From a virus, in IMG/VR virus record IMGVR_UViG_3300041586_000098, positions 1-64,000 of that record: a DNA stretch of 64,000 nt; one strand, given 5' to 3'. This document shows positions 41,984 to 52,238 of this stretch, piece by piece; within the stretch, counting starts at the first letter, position 1, and each line of letters opens with the position of its first letter. The notes below the pieces were generated by a model, which saw only the letters and a list, made by a program, of their open reading frames with translations, did no database searches and was not told where the DNA came from. The translations under genes and the position numbers were made by a program.

Positions 41984-43045
41984 ATGAAAGATAAAGAATG
42001 TAAGGAATGTAATAATGTTTATCAATCAATGAGTAATAATTCTAAATTTTGTTCATTTGATTGTAGGGATTTGTTTAAATTTAAAGTAGAACAAATTGCC
42101 ATGTTCAATGGTAATGAAGGATATGATTATGTAGTAGACCAATGGAATGGATATGCTACTACTAGAATTTACGGCCATTGGTTTACACAACATCATCCAG
42201 ACAGAACAACCGAAGAATATAGAATTGAGTTTCCAAATGCAAAACTACAATGTGATAAGATAAGTGCAAAGAATGGTCAATTCATGAAAGAAGAGAAGCA
42301 TAGAGAAGCACAGCGACAAAGAATGATAGGATCAAATAATCCAAATCATACATCAAAAACTACAGTTGAACAAAGAAAGTCAAAGAGTCCATTTTCAAAA
42401 GATTTTGTTAATTATAAATCAGAAGAAGATAGAAAGAAATTTATTGACTCTATTGACTATGGTTCTATAAAAAAGAGTTCAGATATTGAGTGGTGGCTAA
42501 AAAAATGCAATGGAAATATAGAAGAAGCGGAGCGACTTTATGTTGAAAGACAAACTACATTTACTTTGAATAAATGTATTTTAAAACATGGAAAATCAAA
42601 GGGAACTGAAGTGTATAACAATAGACAAGAAAAATGGTTGAAGTCTCTATATGCCAACTTTGAAAAATATGGAGATGGAAGATCTCCTCAGAGTAAATGG
42701 GTTAATAATATTAAAATCATTTTAAAAGATAATGGAATTGTAATTCCCGATAAAGAAAAATGGATAAGAGAAATTAATAGCGTTAAATCATATTCATATG
42801 ATTTAACTGTTAACAAAAAAATAATAGAGTTTAACGGAGATTATTGGCATGCCAATCCTGCTATATATGAAATGGACTGGTTTAACAAAACAAAAAAGAT
42901 GAAAGCCCATGTGTTATGGGAATATGACGCAAATAAAAGAAAGTTAGCCGAATCCCATGGATATGAAGTTTTAACAATATGGGAGTCTGATTATAATAAA
43001 GATCCAAATGGAACAATTCAGTTGTGTCTAGAATTTCTAAGATAA
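41984..43045 (+). mobile_element. Vsr-like (EDxHD-type) endonuclease with N-terminal Zn ribbon between the terminase halves
   Basis: CKEC..FCSFDC; IEFNGDYWHANP; GYEVLTIWE; late promoter at 41948. Confidence 0.82.
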
Positions 43046-43055
43046 ATATTACAAT

Positions 43056-44939
43056 ATGAAATCAATCTTAAAATCAATAATAATACGTTCAATTCAATTT
43101 ATAGAAAAAATTGAAACGAAAAATGAATATCTGCCAGAAGATGATTTCACCGACAAGATACAGGAAACAATTAACCTTAAAGGATATAAAGTCCTAACTG
43201 ATTCTGGATATCAACCAATGCCGAATATTCATCTTACAAAACCATATACTATATGGGAAATTAAGACACATTCGGATCGAAAAATGCAAGGCGCGGATAC
43301 CCATATTCTATTTGACGAAAACCTAAATGAGGTTTTTATTAAGGATTTAAAAATAGGAGACCTACTAATGACAGTAAGCGGGCCCGAAATGGTAACCGAA
43401 ATTACTACATTTAAATCAAAGGTTCAAATGTATGATGCAACAGTAGATCACATTGACCATCGATATTATACAAATGGATTCCTTTCACATAATACAGTTA
43501 CAGCTTCGATTTTTAATGCATGGTACTTAGTTTTTAATTATGACAAAACTACATTACTTCTTGCAAACAAATCAGAATCAACAAAGGAAATTATAGATAA
43601 GGCTAAGGTTGTTCTTGAAAATCTTCCATTCTACATGAAGCCAGGTATCATCAAGTATGATGTAATGAATGTCCGTGCGGATAATGGATGCCGTCTCGTA
43701 GGACAATCAACTACTGCAAAATCAGGTATTGGATTCACTATACATAATTTATATCTTGATGAGTTTGCTCACGTCCATCCTACTATTGTTGACGCCTTTT
43801 ATGAAAACGTATATCCTACTCTTTCTGCATCTAAAATTTCTAGAATTAATATAACATCCACACCTAATGGATTTAATAAGTTTTATGAGATATTTGCGGA
43901 TGCCGAACAGGGTAACAATGAATATAAAGCAACTCGAATTGATTGGTGGCAACATCCTGACCGGGACGATGAATGGTATAAGAGAGAACTTGGAAACCTA
44001 GGTTCTGAGGACGCGTTTAATAGACAGTATGGTAACGAATTTACAAGTTCATCGAGTTTATTACTAAGTCCTGGTACAATGAAAAGTATTAGAAAAAATG
44101 CAAAGAAATTTGTATATCATGACTTAGAGGATTTTGAAAACATACATATAGATGTTGAAGGTTTTCTTGGATTTGATCCTAGATTTGACATAGAGGCCGC
44201 CGCCGAATCAGATAGATATTATTTATTTTCAGTAGATATTGCCGAAGGAAACGGAGGAGACTATTCTGTTGTTAATATTTTTGAAGTTGAACCGATGTCA
44301 AACAAAGATATTGAAAACTATATAAGCCCAGGCGCAATGTATGATTTTTTTAAGATAAACCAAATTGCTGTTTTTAGAAGTAATGAACATCCTATTGAAG
44401 ATTTCGCGAAAATTTTATATACACTAGCAATTGATGTGTTTAATCCTGAGAACGTTAAGATGATTATAGAGTACAATACATATGGAAGTATACTACTACA
44501 ATACTTATCGACAGTGTTTCCTGGAAGGAATGATTTTGAAGATGAAATGGTTCTTAGATTTAAACATAGACATGATTCAAAGGTTCCGAAGGCCGGATTA
44601 AAGCTTAAATCAGATAATAAATCAGTGTTTTGTCAAAATTTTAAAAAGCTTATAGAAATTAATAGAATTAAAATAAATGAAATAACAACAGTACAGGAGG
44701 CAAGTTTATTTGGAACGGTAAAGAATGGTAGTTATGCGGCACAAATGGGAAAGGACGATACTATAATGACATGTATTACTGCAACTGAATTTTTCGGAAC
44801 AACTGATTATGCCGATTATGTTGAGGAATTATTAGATGTAATAGATCCTGAAATACATGACTTAATGGAAGAAGTATTATATAAAGATAATGGAGGTGGA
44901 GATTCTTCACTTCAATTCGACATTTATGATTTGCTTTAA
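43056..44939 (+). CDS. 17: Split intein IntC (146 aa) plus terminase large subunit C-part
   Basis: ADTH block B; MYDATV..YYTNGFLSHN|TVTAS; LANK, YLDEFAH, TSTPNG, VDIAEG.GGDYS, DD. Confidence 0.92.
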   Translation: MKSILKSIIIRSIQFIEKIETKNEYLPEDDFTDKIQETINLKGYKVLTDSGYQPMPNIHLTKPYTIWEIKTHSDRKMQGADTHILFDENLNEVFIKDLKIGDLLMTVSGPEMVTEITTFKSKVQMYDATVDHIDHRYYTNGFLSHNTVTASIFNAWYLVFNYDKTTLLLANKSESTKEIIDKAKVVLENLPFYMKPGIIKYDVMNVRADNGCRLVGQSTTAKSGIGFTIHNLYLDEFAHVHPTIVDAFYENVYPTLSASKISRINITSTPNGFNKFYEIFADAEQGNNEYKATRIDWWQHPDRDDEWYKRELGNLGSEDAFNRQYGNEFTSSSSLLLSPGTMKSIRKNAKKFVYHDLEDFENIHIDVEGFLGFDPRFDIEAAAESDRYYLFSVDIAEGNGGDYSVVNIFEVEPMSNKDIENYISPGAMYDFFKINQIAVFRSNEHPIEDFAKILYTLAIDVFNPENVKMIIEYNTYGSILLQYLSTVFPGRNDFEDEMVLRFKHRHDSKVPKAGLKLKSDNKSVFCQNFKKLIEINRIKINEITTVQEASLFGTVKNGSYAAQMGKDDTIMTCITATEFFGTTDYADYVEELLDVIDPEIHDLMEEVLYKDNGGGDSSLQFDIYDLL

Positions 44940-45007
44940 ATTCATTTAAAGCAAGATTTCAAAATAAACATAGATATATAATAAAAGAAAAAAAAACACT
45001 TAAAATT

Positions 45008-47287
45008 ATGGCAATTAGCCCACAATTATTAAATTTTAAGAGCTCAGGTGTTTATAGACTTGAGTTTGATAAATCTCAAACGTCAAGTATAAACGTAGAG
45101 ACTCTAAGACTTGTAGTAGGTCACTCTAGAAAAGGACCATACAATACTCCTGTTTTAATTGATTCAAGAGAAACATTGGAAAACGTGTTTGGAGGTATCG
45201 ATAGAACATTAGAAAAAAATGGAATGTTTTTCCATAGATCATGTCTTGATGCATTGTCAAGAGGTCCTATCTTAGCGTTAAATCTAGGTAAATTTACAGC
45301 AGAAGAAGATATTACTAACTTTCAAAGTTTATCAACAAATGGATCAATACCTGATATGGAAAACGTAGAAGGTAGTGATGACTATACTAAATTCTTTGAT
45401 AATGATAAGTTTATGGTTCCATCTGACACTGAAACTTTAAAGACTATCTCAAATGATCAAAATCATATTTTAAACTTTGTTAACATTAAACAAGATTCAA
45501 TTACAATTATAGTAAGACAAGCAGCAAATGTTAATGAGTTTGATTTAACAGCAAGAGAATGGTATGGAGAAGGTTTAGTTCCTGAATATTTAAATGATTT
45601 TGACAGAGTATCCGATTTTATGGTAGATGTCTTTGTTTTTAGAGGAGAATTCGATGCAGTTAAGATGTCAAATGATCCAATATATTCAAAGTACTTTACA
45701 GTAGATGGTATTGACAAAACTAAATTAAATGAGTTTATAAACCTAAGACAAGTTAGTTTAATAGCACAGTACACTGGTTCTATTTTACCTGGATTTAAAA
45801 ATATCGAAGGAAGAAATCTTTATATAGAATCAATTATTAACGCGGAAGCAAGAAGAACAGGTTTATTTTGTGCAGTAGACGAAGACATGGTAATGAATGA
45901 CAACGGAACTGCGGTTGATTTTGTAGGACATGTATGTGAAGCTGGTAATGTATACTCATCATTATCACATAATATTAAAATAGATGATAGAATAAGAACA
46001 TTTGAGTTTGGAACAGATGATGCAGGTGTATATACTCATACCACAGGTAACACTAATTTTGTTGTAAAATATCTAAGTGCCGATGCACCATCTGTATTTG
46101 AAATTTCAAATGGAGAATTAGTACAATCATCAACAGTTGGAAGACTAGCTAGAGTTAGTAGAGTGTCTAAAGCAGTAGATAACACACATGTAACATATAC
46201 TGTGTTAACTGATGTTGAGCCACTATATGATAACAAAATTATAAAAACTTTTGAAAACGCTTCTGCCACTTATTCTACTTTTGTTTTATCAAAGGCAGGA
46301 ATTACAGTTAAAAACTTAAGTGATTATTTAAATGTTTTATCAAAGGGAGTTGGATTATATGATGCACTAGTAGACAAAGACACTATTGATTTCAGATATG
46401 TAGTTGACACATTTAAATCATTTGATATAAATGGATTAAATAACAAATCAAATCTTTCTCAATTAGCAAAGGACAGACAAAACGCTTCTGCTATCTTAAA
46501 TGCACCAACAGTTGAAGACTTTAAAAAATCTTCAAATCCATCATTTAGCGATGAAAACGGAGTATTTCAAACTAGATTTATTCCAACAGGAGGAAATTTA
46601 GATAAAAACCCAACAAAGATCTATACACTACCCGGTATATTGGAAGGTGCAAATTATGCATTTTACTATGGTCCAGGATTAATTGTTAGCGATAACGGAA
46701 AGGATATTGTTATTCCGGCAGCAGCCGCTGTTTCAAATAATTTTATTGATAAGTATACAAGTTCTCTTCCTTGGTCAATTGTTGCAGGTCCAAGACGAGG
46801 TGTTGTTTCTGGAAATAATGTTAAAGGAGTTGAATATGCATTTGACAAAAGTGATAGAGATATCATAGAGCCATTTGGTATTAACCCTATTGTTTTTCAA
46901 AGAGGAACAGGATTAACTATTTTAGGTAATAAAACAGCACAACAAACGATTAAGTCAGCACTTTCTTCAGCACATGTTAGAGAAGTACTTATTTATATTC
47001 AAGATGGAATGGCAAACATACTTAAGGATTATGTTTTTGAATTTAACAACGTTCAAACTCGTTTAGAAATTAAAACTCTAGCAGATTCATTTATGGAGTC
47101 AGTTAAACAAGATGGTGGAGTTTATGAGTTTAGCAACATAATGGATCAAACTAATAATACTAACGAAGTAATTGATAACAATATTGGTATTATAGATACA
47201 TTTGTAGAACCAGTTAAAGGATTAGAGATCGTAGTACATAGAACTACAATTTTAAATACAGGGGAAATTCAATCAGGTAACCTATAA
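45008..47287 (+). CDS. 18: Tail sheath protein
   Basis: SGVY..E.DKS, KGP, PW..VAG.RRG, INPI, GNKT, FEFN. Confidence 0.9.
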   Translation: MAISPQLLNFKSSGVYRLEFDKSQTSSINVETLRLVVGHSRKGPYNTPVLIDSRETLENVFGGIDRTLEKNGMFFHRSCLDALSRGPILALNLGKFTAEEDITNFQSLSTNGSIPDMENVEGSDDYTKFFDNDKFMVPSDTETLKTISNDQNHILNFVNIKQDSITIIVRQAANVNEFDLTAREWYGEGLVPEYLNDFDRVSDFMVDVFVFRGEFDAVKMSNDPIYSKYFTVDGIDKTKLNEFINLRQVSLIAQYTGSILPGFKNIEGRNLYIESIINAEARRTGLFCAVDEDMVMNDNGTAVDFVGHVCEAGNVYSSLSHNIKIDDRIRTFEFGTDDAGVYTHTTGNTNFVVKYLSADAPSVFEISNGELVQSSTVGRLARVSRVSKAVDNTHVTYTVLTDVEPLYDNKIIKTFENASATYSTFVLSKAGITVKNLSDYLNVLSKGVGLYDALVDKDTIDFRYVVDTFKSFDINGLNNKSNLSQLAKDRQNASAILNAPTVEDFKKSSNPSFSDENGVFQTRFIPTGGNLDKNPTKIYTLPGILEGANYAFYYGPGLIVSDNGKDIVIPAAAAVSNNFIDKYTSSLPWSIVAGPRRGVVSGNNVKGVEYAFDKSDRDIIEPFGINPIVFQRGTGLTILGNKTAQQTIKSALSSAHVREVLIYIQDGMANILKDYVFEFNNVQTRLEIKTLADSFMESVKQDGGVYEFSNIMDQTNNTNEVIDNNIGIIDTFVEPVKGLEIVVHRTTILNTGEIQSGNL

Positions 47288-47378
47288 TATACAAGAAACG
47301 CATACTATTGTTTGAAGAATTACTAGATAAATTCAATTCAATTAATAAGATATATAAAAAAACAAAAACTATTAAATA

Positions 47379-47933
47379 ATGAGTTTACCACACTATTCAC
47401 AAGATCAAACATCTAGAAAAGGTAGAAACTTCGAACCAGTTCAAGCTAACTTATTCGAAGTAACTGTCCTTCCTCCTAATGGAGTTGCAGATGCACCTCT
47501 TATGTTACAACATGTTAATTCTATCGGAGGATTAGAACTATATAAAGAAATTGGAGCAGTAGAGCAAAAATATAAACATTCAACTAGATCCTTTGCTGGA
47601 ATTCCAGATGGAACTGCAGTTGATATTACTATTAACTTTTCTTTAAACCTAAACGAAGCCAATCAAGCATATCTTTACAAATCACTAAGACAATGGTACA
47701 ATCTACGATATGATCCACAAACAGGAGCGATGGGTCTTAAAAAGGACTATGTAGGAACAATTGTCATAGTTCAATTTAATAGAGCTGGAGACATATATAG
47801 AACAGTAACATTAGAAGATTGTCAAATTACATCTGGATTACCATTTACTGTTGAATTAAACTATAATGAATCAGAGCCAGTTCCTATTGATGTTACATTT
47901 AGATGTGATGTTTGGAAAGAAGTTTTAGCATAA
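47379..47933 (+). CDS. 19: Tail tube protein
   Basis: NLFEV, W....YDP.TG, KKDY, VTF..D.W. Confidence 0.85.
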   Translation: MSLPHYSQDQTSRKGRNFEPVQANLFEVTVLPPNGVADAPLMLQHVNSIGGLELYKEIGAVEQKYKHSTRSFAGIPDGTAVDITINFSLNLNEANQAYLYKSLRQWYNLRYDPQTGAMGLKKDYVGTIVIVQFNRAGDIYRTVTLEDCQITSGLPFTVELNYNESEPVPIDVTFRCDVWKEVLA

Positions 47934-48019
47934 CATTTAACAATATTGAGGGGTATTTAAAAAGTATCCCTCATGTTATTTGAAACAAAAACATAATATA
48001 ATGATAATATAATATATAC

Positions 48020-48235
48020 ATGGATAAATTAACTAAAAAATTACAAGTTTTATTATCTGATGAAGAAGTAACATTAATTAATAGAATTATTCTTAATGAA
48101 GCAATAGAAACAGGACAAAGACCAATTTCTATTTCGGCTTTTATAAGAGACATAATTAGAGAAGAAATAGAAATAAAATCAAATGGAATAAAGCCATTTA
48201 AAAAATTAGACATTAAAAAACTTAAAGACAAATAA
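48020..48235 (+). CDS. Small ribbon-helix-helix-like DNA-binding protein
   Basis: KLQVLLS..E...SISAFIRDII; TGAAAC-type promoter at 47981. Confidence 0.5.
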   Translation: MDKLTKKLQVLLSDEEVTLINRIILNEAIETGQRPISISAFIRDIIREEIEIKSNGIKPFKKLDIKKLKDK

Positions 48236-48238
48236 AAT

Positions 48239-49192
48239 ATGAATCCAGAAGAAGAAAACTTACAAGAACAATATAAGAACATAGTTCAATCTGCTGAAAA
48301 TAAATCAGAAAAATACGACGATGTGCCTGTTAATTTAGGTAAAGTTAATATGGATAAGTATTCTGGTGAAAAGGCAGAAACATCTGATTTTCATTTAGGA
48401 TATCACTCTATTCCATTACTTTCATTACCATCGGGTGGTATGTTTTATCCAGTAGGAACTGACCTTTCGATCAGATCAGCAAAGGTAGCTGAAATAAGAC
48501 ACTTTTCAACAATAGACGAGACCAACGTACTAGACATTGATGAAAAACTAAATCAAATTCTAGAATCATGTATTAGAATAAATTCTGCATCTACTAGATT
48601 ATCCTACAAAGATATTTTAGAAGAGGATAGATTTTATATTATTCTTTCAATTAGAGATTTAACATTTCCAGAGCCTGAATCTAATTTAAAAATAGATCAT
48701 ACATCAAAGAAAGGAGGAAGACATGATATTGAAATTAAAAAGGAATACTTCCAATATTTTAAAATACCAGTAGAACTTGATAAATATTACGATAATATAG
48801 TAAGGTCATTTCTAATAGAAACACGATCATTTGGAACTATTGAAATGAAACCTCCAACAATTGGTGTTATGCAAAAAATTACAGCATACATCAAAGATAA
48901 ACAACAAAAAGGACAGAAAATAGATCAGTCAGTATTACAAATAATTCCATATTTACATAAAGATTGGAGAGGATTTAATGATAAAACTATTTTTGATTTT
49001 GAAATAGATTTATCAGGATGGTCAAGTAGCAAATATAATCTAATATACACATTAGCTGAAAAAATGAAAATAGGTGTTCAGCCTAATATGCTAGTTACTA
49101 TAGGGGACGATGAGGAGGAGGTTCCTATTAGTTTTCGTGACGGAATCAAATCTCTTTTCATTGTTCAAAATATCGCTGGAGAACTTCTTTAA
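48239..49192 (+). CDS. Baseplate hub/tail assembly protein (gp26-like)
   Basis: LPSGGMFYP, DRFYIILSIR, MKPPT, C-terminal LF. Confidence 0.6.
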   Translation: MNPEEENLQEQYKNIVQSAENKSEKYDDVPVNLGKVNMDKYSGEKAETSDFHLGYHSIPLLSLPSGGMFYPVGTDLSIRSAKVAEIRHFSTIDETNVLDIDEKLNQILESCIRINSASTRLSYKDILEEDRFYIILSIRDLTFPEPESNLKIDHTSKKGGRHDIEIKKEYFQYFKIPVELDKYYDNIVRSFLIETRSFGTIEMKPPTIGVMQKITAYIKDKQQKGQKIDQSVLQIIPYLHKDWRGFNDKTIFDFEIDLSGWSSSKYNLIYTLAEKMKIGVQPNMLVTIGDDEEEVPISFRDGIKSLFIVQNIAGELL

Positions 49193-49409
49193 GACAAAAT
49201 TTCATATTTATCTTAAATTACATATGCAACCCAGTGAACTTGAAAATTTAGAATATTACGAATTCCATTATTTAGTAAAGGACCTAGTAGATTATCTAAA
49301 GGAGGAGAATAAACAGAATCAAGGCCAAAACGATGCCTCATCCGGTATGATGAATAACATGAAAGTACCGAACATGAAGGTACCTAATATGAAAATGCCA
49401 AAGATGTAA
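49161..49409 (+). CDS. gp51-like baseplate hub assembly protein (start uncertain: TTG 49161 or ATG 49110)
   Basis: SLENFFKTKF..PSELENLEYYE pattern. Confidence 0.5.
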   Translation: MFKISLENFFKTKFHIYLKLHMQPSELENLEYYEFHYLVKDLVDYLKEENKQNQGQNDASSGMMNNMKVPNMKVPNMKMPKM

Positions 49410-49412
49410 AAT

Positions 49413-49440
49413 AAAAGGATCCTTTAAAGGATCCTTTTTT
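49413..49440 (+). terminator. Intrinsic terminator
   Basis: aaaaggatcct ttaa aggatcctttt. Confidence 0.75.
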
Positions 49441-49495
49441 ATTTAGATATATAATCGTATAAGATTTTATTATCCTAAAAAATACAATAAGTCGA

Positions 49496-52180
49496 GTGAC
49501 TAATAATTCAAAACAACTCTCAATACTATTAAACCCGCTATTAAAAATACAGGCTGCTAGTGAGGCAACATCTGAGGCTCTTACACATATAAGTGAAGTA
49601 GTTCTTAGTATTAACAAAAGCGGTATCGATACCGTTACTGAACTTAAAAAACAAACCACACTATTAATCGATATTAAAGAAATGTTAAAGGAGCAAATAA
49701 AAGGCTCTTCTAATAATTCATCAACAAAAAGCAATATGAAATTACCTGGATTAATAGGGGGAATTTCAGCTGGTTTTGCTATTGTTGCAATGGCAGGTGC
49801 CCTTGTTGCTGCTTCTGGTTTATTAAATATGATGAGTCCTGTTAGTATACCTCAATTACTGACTGCTTTGGCGATTGCAGGTATATTTATTATAATAGCT
49901 CCAATATTCGCAGATATAGCAGAATCACTTAGAGGAGGAGGATTAATTGCAAGATTAGTTTCGAAAAGGGCCGGCCTAGGTAATCAAGATCCAATGAAAG
50001 TTGCAGGTGAAGTATCATTATCTATGGTTGCAATGGCAGCCGGAATAACAGTATCATCTTATATCTTTTCTTTAATTAAAACAATAACTCTTCCTCAATT
50101 TGCAACGGCAGTACTTGTTGGTTTTTCATTTATTCCAGTATCTTTTGCTTTTTCTCAAATAGCAGCTGCATTAGAAAAAGGTAAAATAACAATGGATGCA
50201 AAGGGACTTGGTAGAATAGCAATGATATCATTATCAATGGCGTCAATTGCATTAGGAATAGTGGCTGCGGCTTATGCATTCTCATTATTACCATCAAACC
50301 CGATTGCACCTGACCCTATGTTTGTCCTAAAATCTGCATTTGCGATTGGACTTTTTGCGATTGGATTTAGTTTTATCATGAGAGCAATCAAGGGTGCAAG
50401 TCTAAAGGATATTATATTTGGTTCTTTGGCTATTCCGGGAATCGCAGTAGCAATCGCAGGAGTAGCATATGCATTTGAATTATTACCAAATGATCCAGCT
50501 TCACCTGATCCGATGTTTGTCTTAAAATCTGCATTTGCGATTGGATTATTTGCGATTGGTTTTTTCTTTATTATGAAGGCAATAAGGGGAGCTAGTTTAC
50601 GAGATATTATATTTGGATCTATTGCAATACCATTAATGGCGGTTGCTATTACTGGAGTAGCGTTTATTTTTCAAGGGTTAGGTGGAATAGAATACATCTC
50701 ACCTGAACCTGAATGGGTTCTTAGAACAGGATTTGCTCTATTAGTATTCTCAATTCCATTCTATATAATATCTAAAGCGATTAAAGGATTAAGTATTAAG
50801 GAATTATTATTTATGACAGTTGCAATTCCAGTAATTGCATTTGGTATTCTTGCTTCCGCTTGGATTTTTCAAGGATTAACTGGAATGCAATATTTTGCGC
50901 CAGAATATGATTGGACACTAAAGGCAGGAGCGGCACTAATATTATTCGGAGCTGTGTTATTTCTTTCAAGTAAAGTGTTAAGTAATATATCAGTAGCATC
51001 ACTAGGGACAGCACTTATTGGAATTGTAGTAACTGCGTTTGCAATTATTGCGACAGCATGGATATTATCGTACGCTCCTTCTAAATTTATAACACCACCA
51101 CTTGAATGGACACTAGGTACTGCTGTCGCATTAGGTGCAATGGCAGTTGCGATTGTTTTACTTGCTCCAGCTGTTACTGTATTAACGCCTATTGGATTTT
51201 TAGCAGGCGCGCTTGGTATAATTGTATCTGCAATTACATTAGTGGCGGTTGGATATATTTTAGCACAATTAGCACCTGTAATGCCAGCATTAAATTCAGT
51301 TGCAAAGGGATTTACATCTATATTATTAGCACCTGTTAATGGTATTGTAGATGTGTTTGCTCGTTTTAAAAATGAGATTGGTATAGAAAATATGCTAGGA
51401 CTTGCTGTTGGTGTTGCAGCATTAGGCGGCGCATGGCTAGTATTTACAGCAGCATTAAGCGGTTCAAGTATTATTAGTGGAATAGGCAGCGCTATTGGAG
51501 GTATTGCTAGTGGAATAGGAGAATTTTTTGGTAAAGATAAAATAAATCCAATAGATTTATTAGCAAAACTCGCAGTTATTGCCCCTGACGTTCAAAAACT
51601 ATCAATACCATTAATGAATGTTGGAAAAGGATTCGCATTAATTAATAACTCAGCAGATCATGTTATATCTGTTCTTTCTTCACTTGATAAATTGCACAAC
51701 AATATTAATGTTAGTGATTTTAAAAGTCAAGCAACGTCATTTAGAAGTATTGCAGGTTCGTATACTGGAATTGCAAACGCAAGTAAAATAATGAATATTA
51801 AAGCGATTGATGCAACCACTAATATGTTTAAAGCATTAGATGATTTAGCTAAAAATGGAGGAGAATCTGCTATGGCGGTTCTTGCAGAAAAATTAATGGT
51901 AGCTGTTAAGGAATTAGCCGGAACTGTCTCGAATCTAGAAAAATCAGTTGATAAACAAGGAACTACTGTTGCAGATACGACTGATGTGTTTGGAAAAACA
52001 TTAAGTACAATTAAAGATAATTTATCGATAGCAAACAAAAAACCATCAAGTAATTCTCAATCTAATTCTACTGTCAACAAAGAACCATTAATGGACATGC
52101 AGTCAGTTGTTCAGGCTATTATGGACTTGGAAGCAAGATTCGATAGTCCATTGAAAATAATAGATATTACAGAACAATAA
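49496..52180 (+). CDS. Tape measure-like protein with hydrophobic repeats of about 65 aa
   Basis: Follows tail chaperone-like genes; repeated P(D/E)P.(F/W)VL(K/R) units; Ala/Gly/Ile-rich. Confidence 0.7.
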   Translation: MTNNSKQLSILLNPLLKIQAASEATSEALTHISEVVLSINKSGIDTVTELKKQTTLLIDIKEMLKEQIKGSSNNSSTKSNMKLPGLIGGISAGFAIVAMAGALVAASGLLNMMSPVSIPQLLTALAIAGIFIIIAPIFADIAESLRGGGLIARLVSKRAGLGNQDPMKVAGEVSLSMVAMAAGITVSSYIFSLIKTITLPQFATAVLVGFSFIPVSFAFSQIAAALEKGKITMDAKGLGRIAMISLSMASIALGIVAAAYAFSLLPSNPIAPDPMFVLKSAFAIGLFAIGFSFIMRAIKGASLKDIIFGSLAIPGIAVAIAGVAYAFELLPNDPASPDPMFVLKSAFAIGLFAIGFFFIMKAIRGASLRDIIFGSIAIPLMAVAITGVAFIFQGLGGIEYISPEPEWVLRTGFALLVFSIPFYIISKAIKGLSIKELLFMTVAIPVIAFGILASAWIFQGLTGMQYFAPEYDWTLKAGAALILFGAVLFLSSKVLSNISVASLGTALIGIVVTAFAIIATAWILSYAPSKFITPPLEWTLGTAVALGAMAVAIVLLAPAVTVLTPIGFLAGALGIIVSAITLVAVGYILAQLAPVMPALNSVAKGFTSILLAPVNGIVDVFARFKNEIGIENMLGLAVGVAALGGAWLVFTAALSGSSIISGIGSAIGGIASGIGEFFGKDKINPIDLLAKLAVIAPDVQKLSIPLMNVGKGFALINNSADHVISVLSSLDKLHNNINVSDFKSQATSFRSIAGSYTGIANASKIMNIKAIDATTNMFKALDDLAKNGGESAMAVLAEKLMVAVKELAGTVSNLEKSVDKQGTTVADTTDVFGKTLSTIKDNLSIANKKPSSNSQSNSTVNKEPLMDMQSVVQAIMDLEARFDSPLKIIDITEQ

Positions 52181-52190
52181 AATTAAGTAG

Positions 52191-52219
52191 TGAAACATAT
52201 TTATAACATGTTATATAAT
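52191..52219 (+). promoter_or_regulatory. Putative middle promoter TGAAAC-N17-TATAAT
   Basis: Repeated motif. Confidence 0.7.
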
Positions 52220-52238
52220 ATTCAAAATAATATATCAT

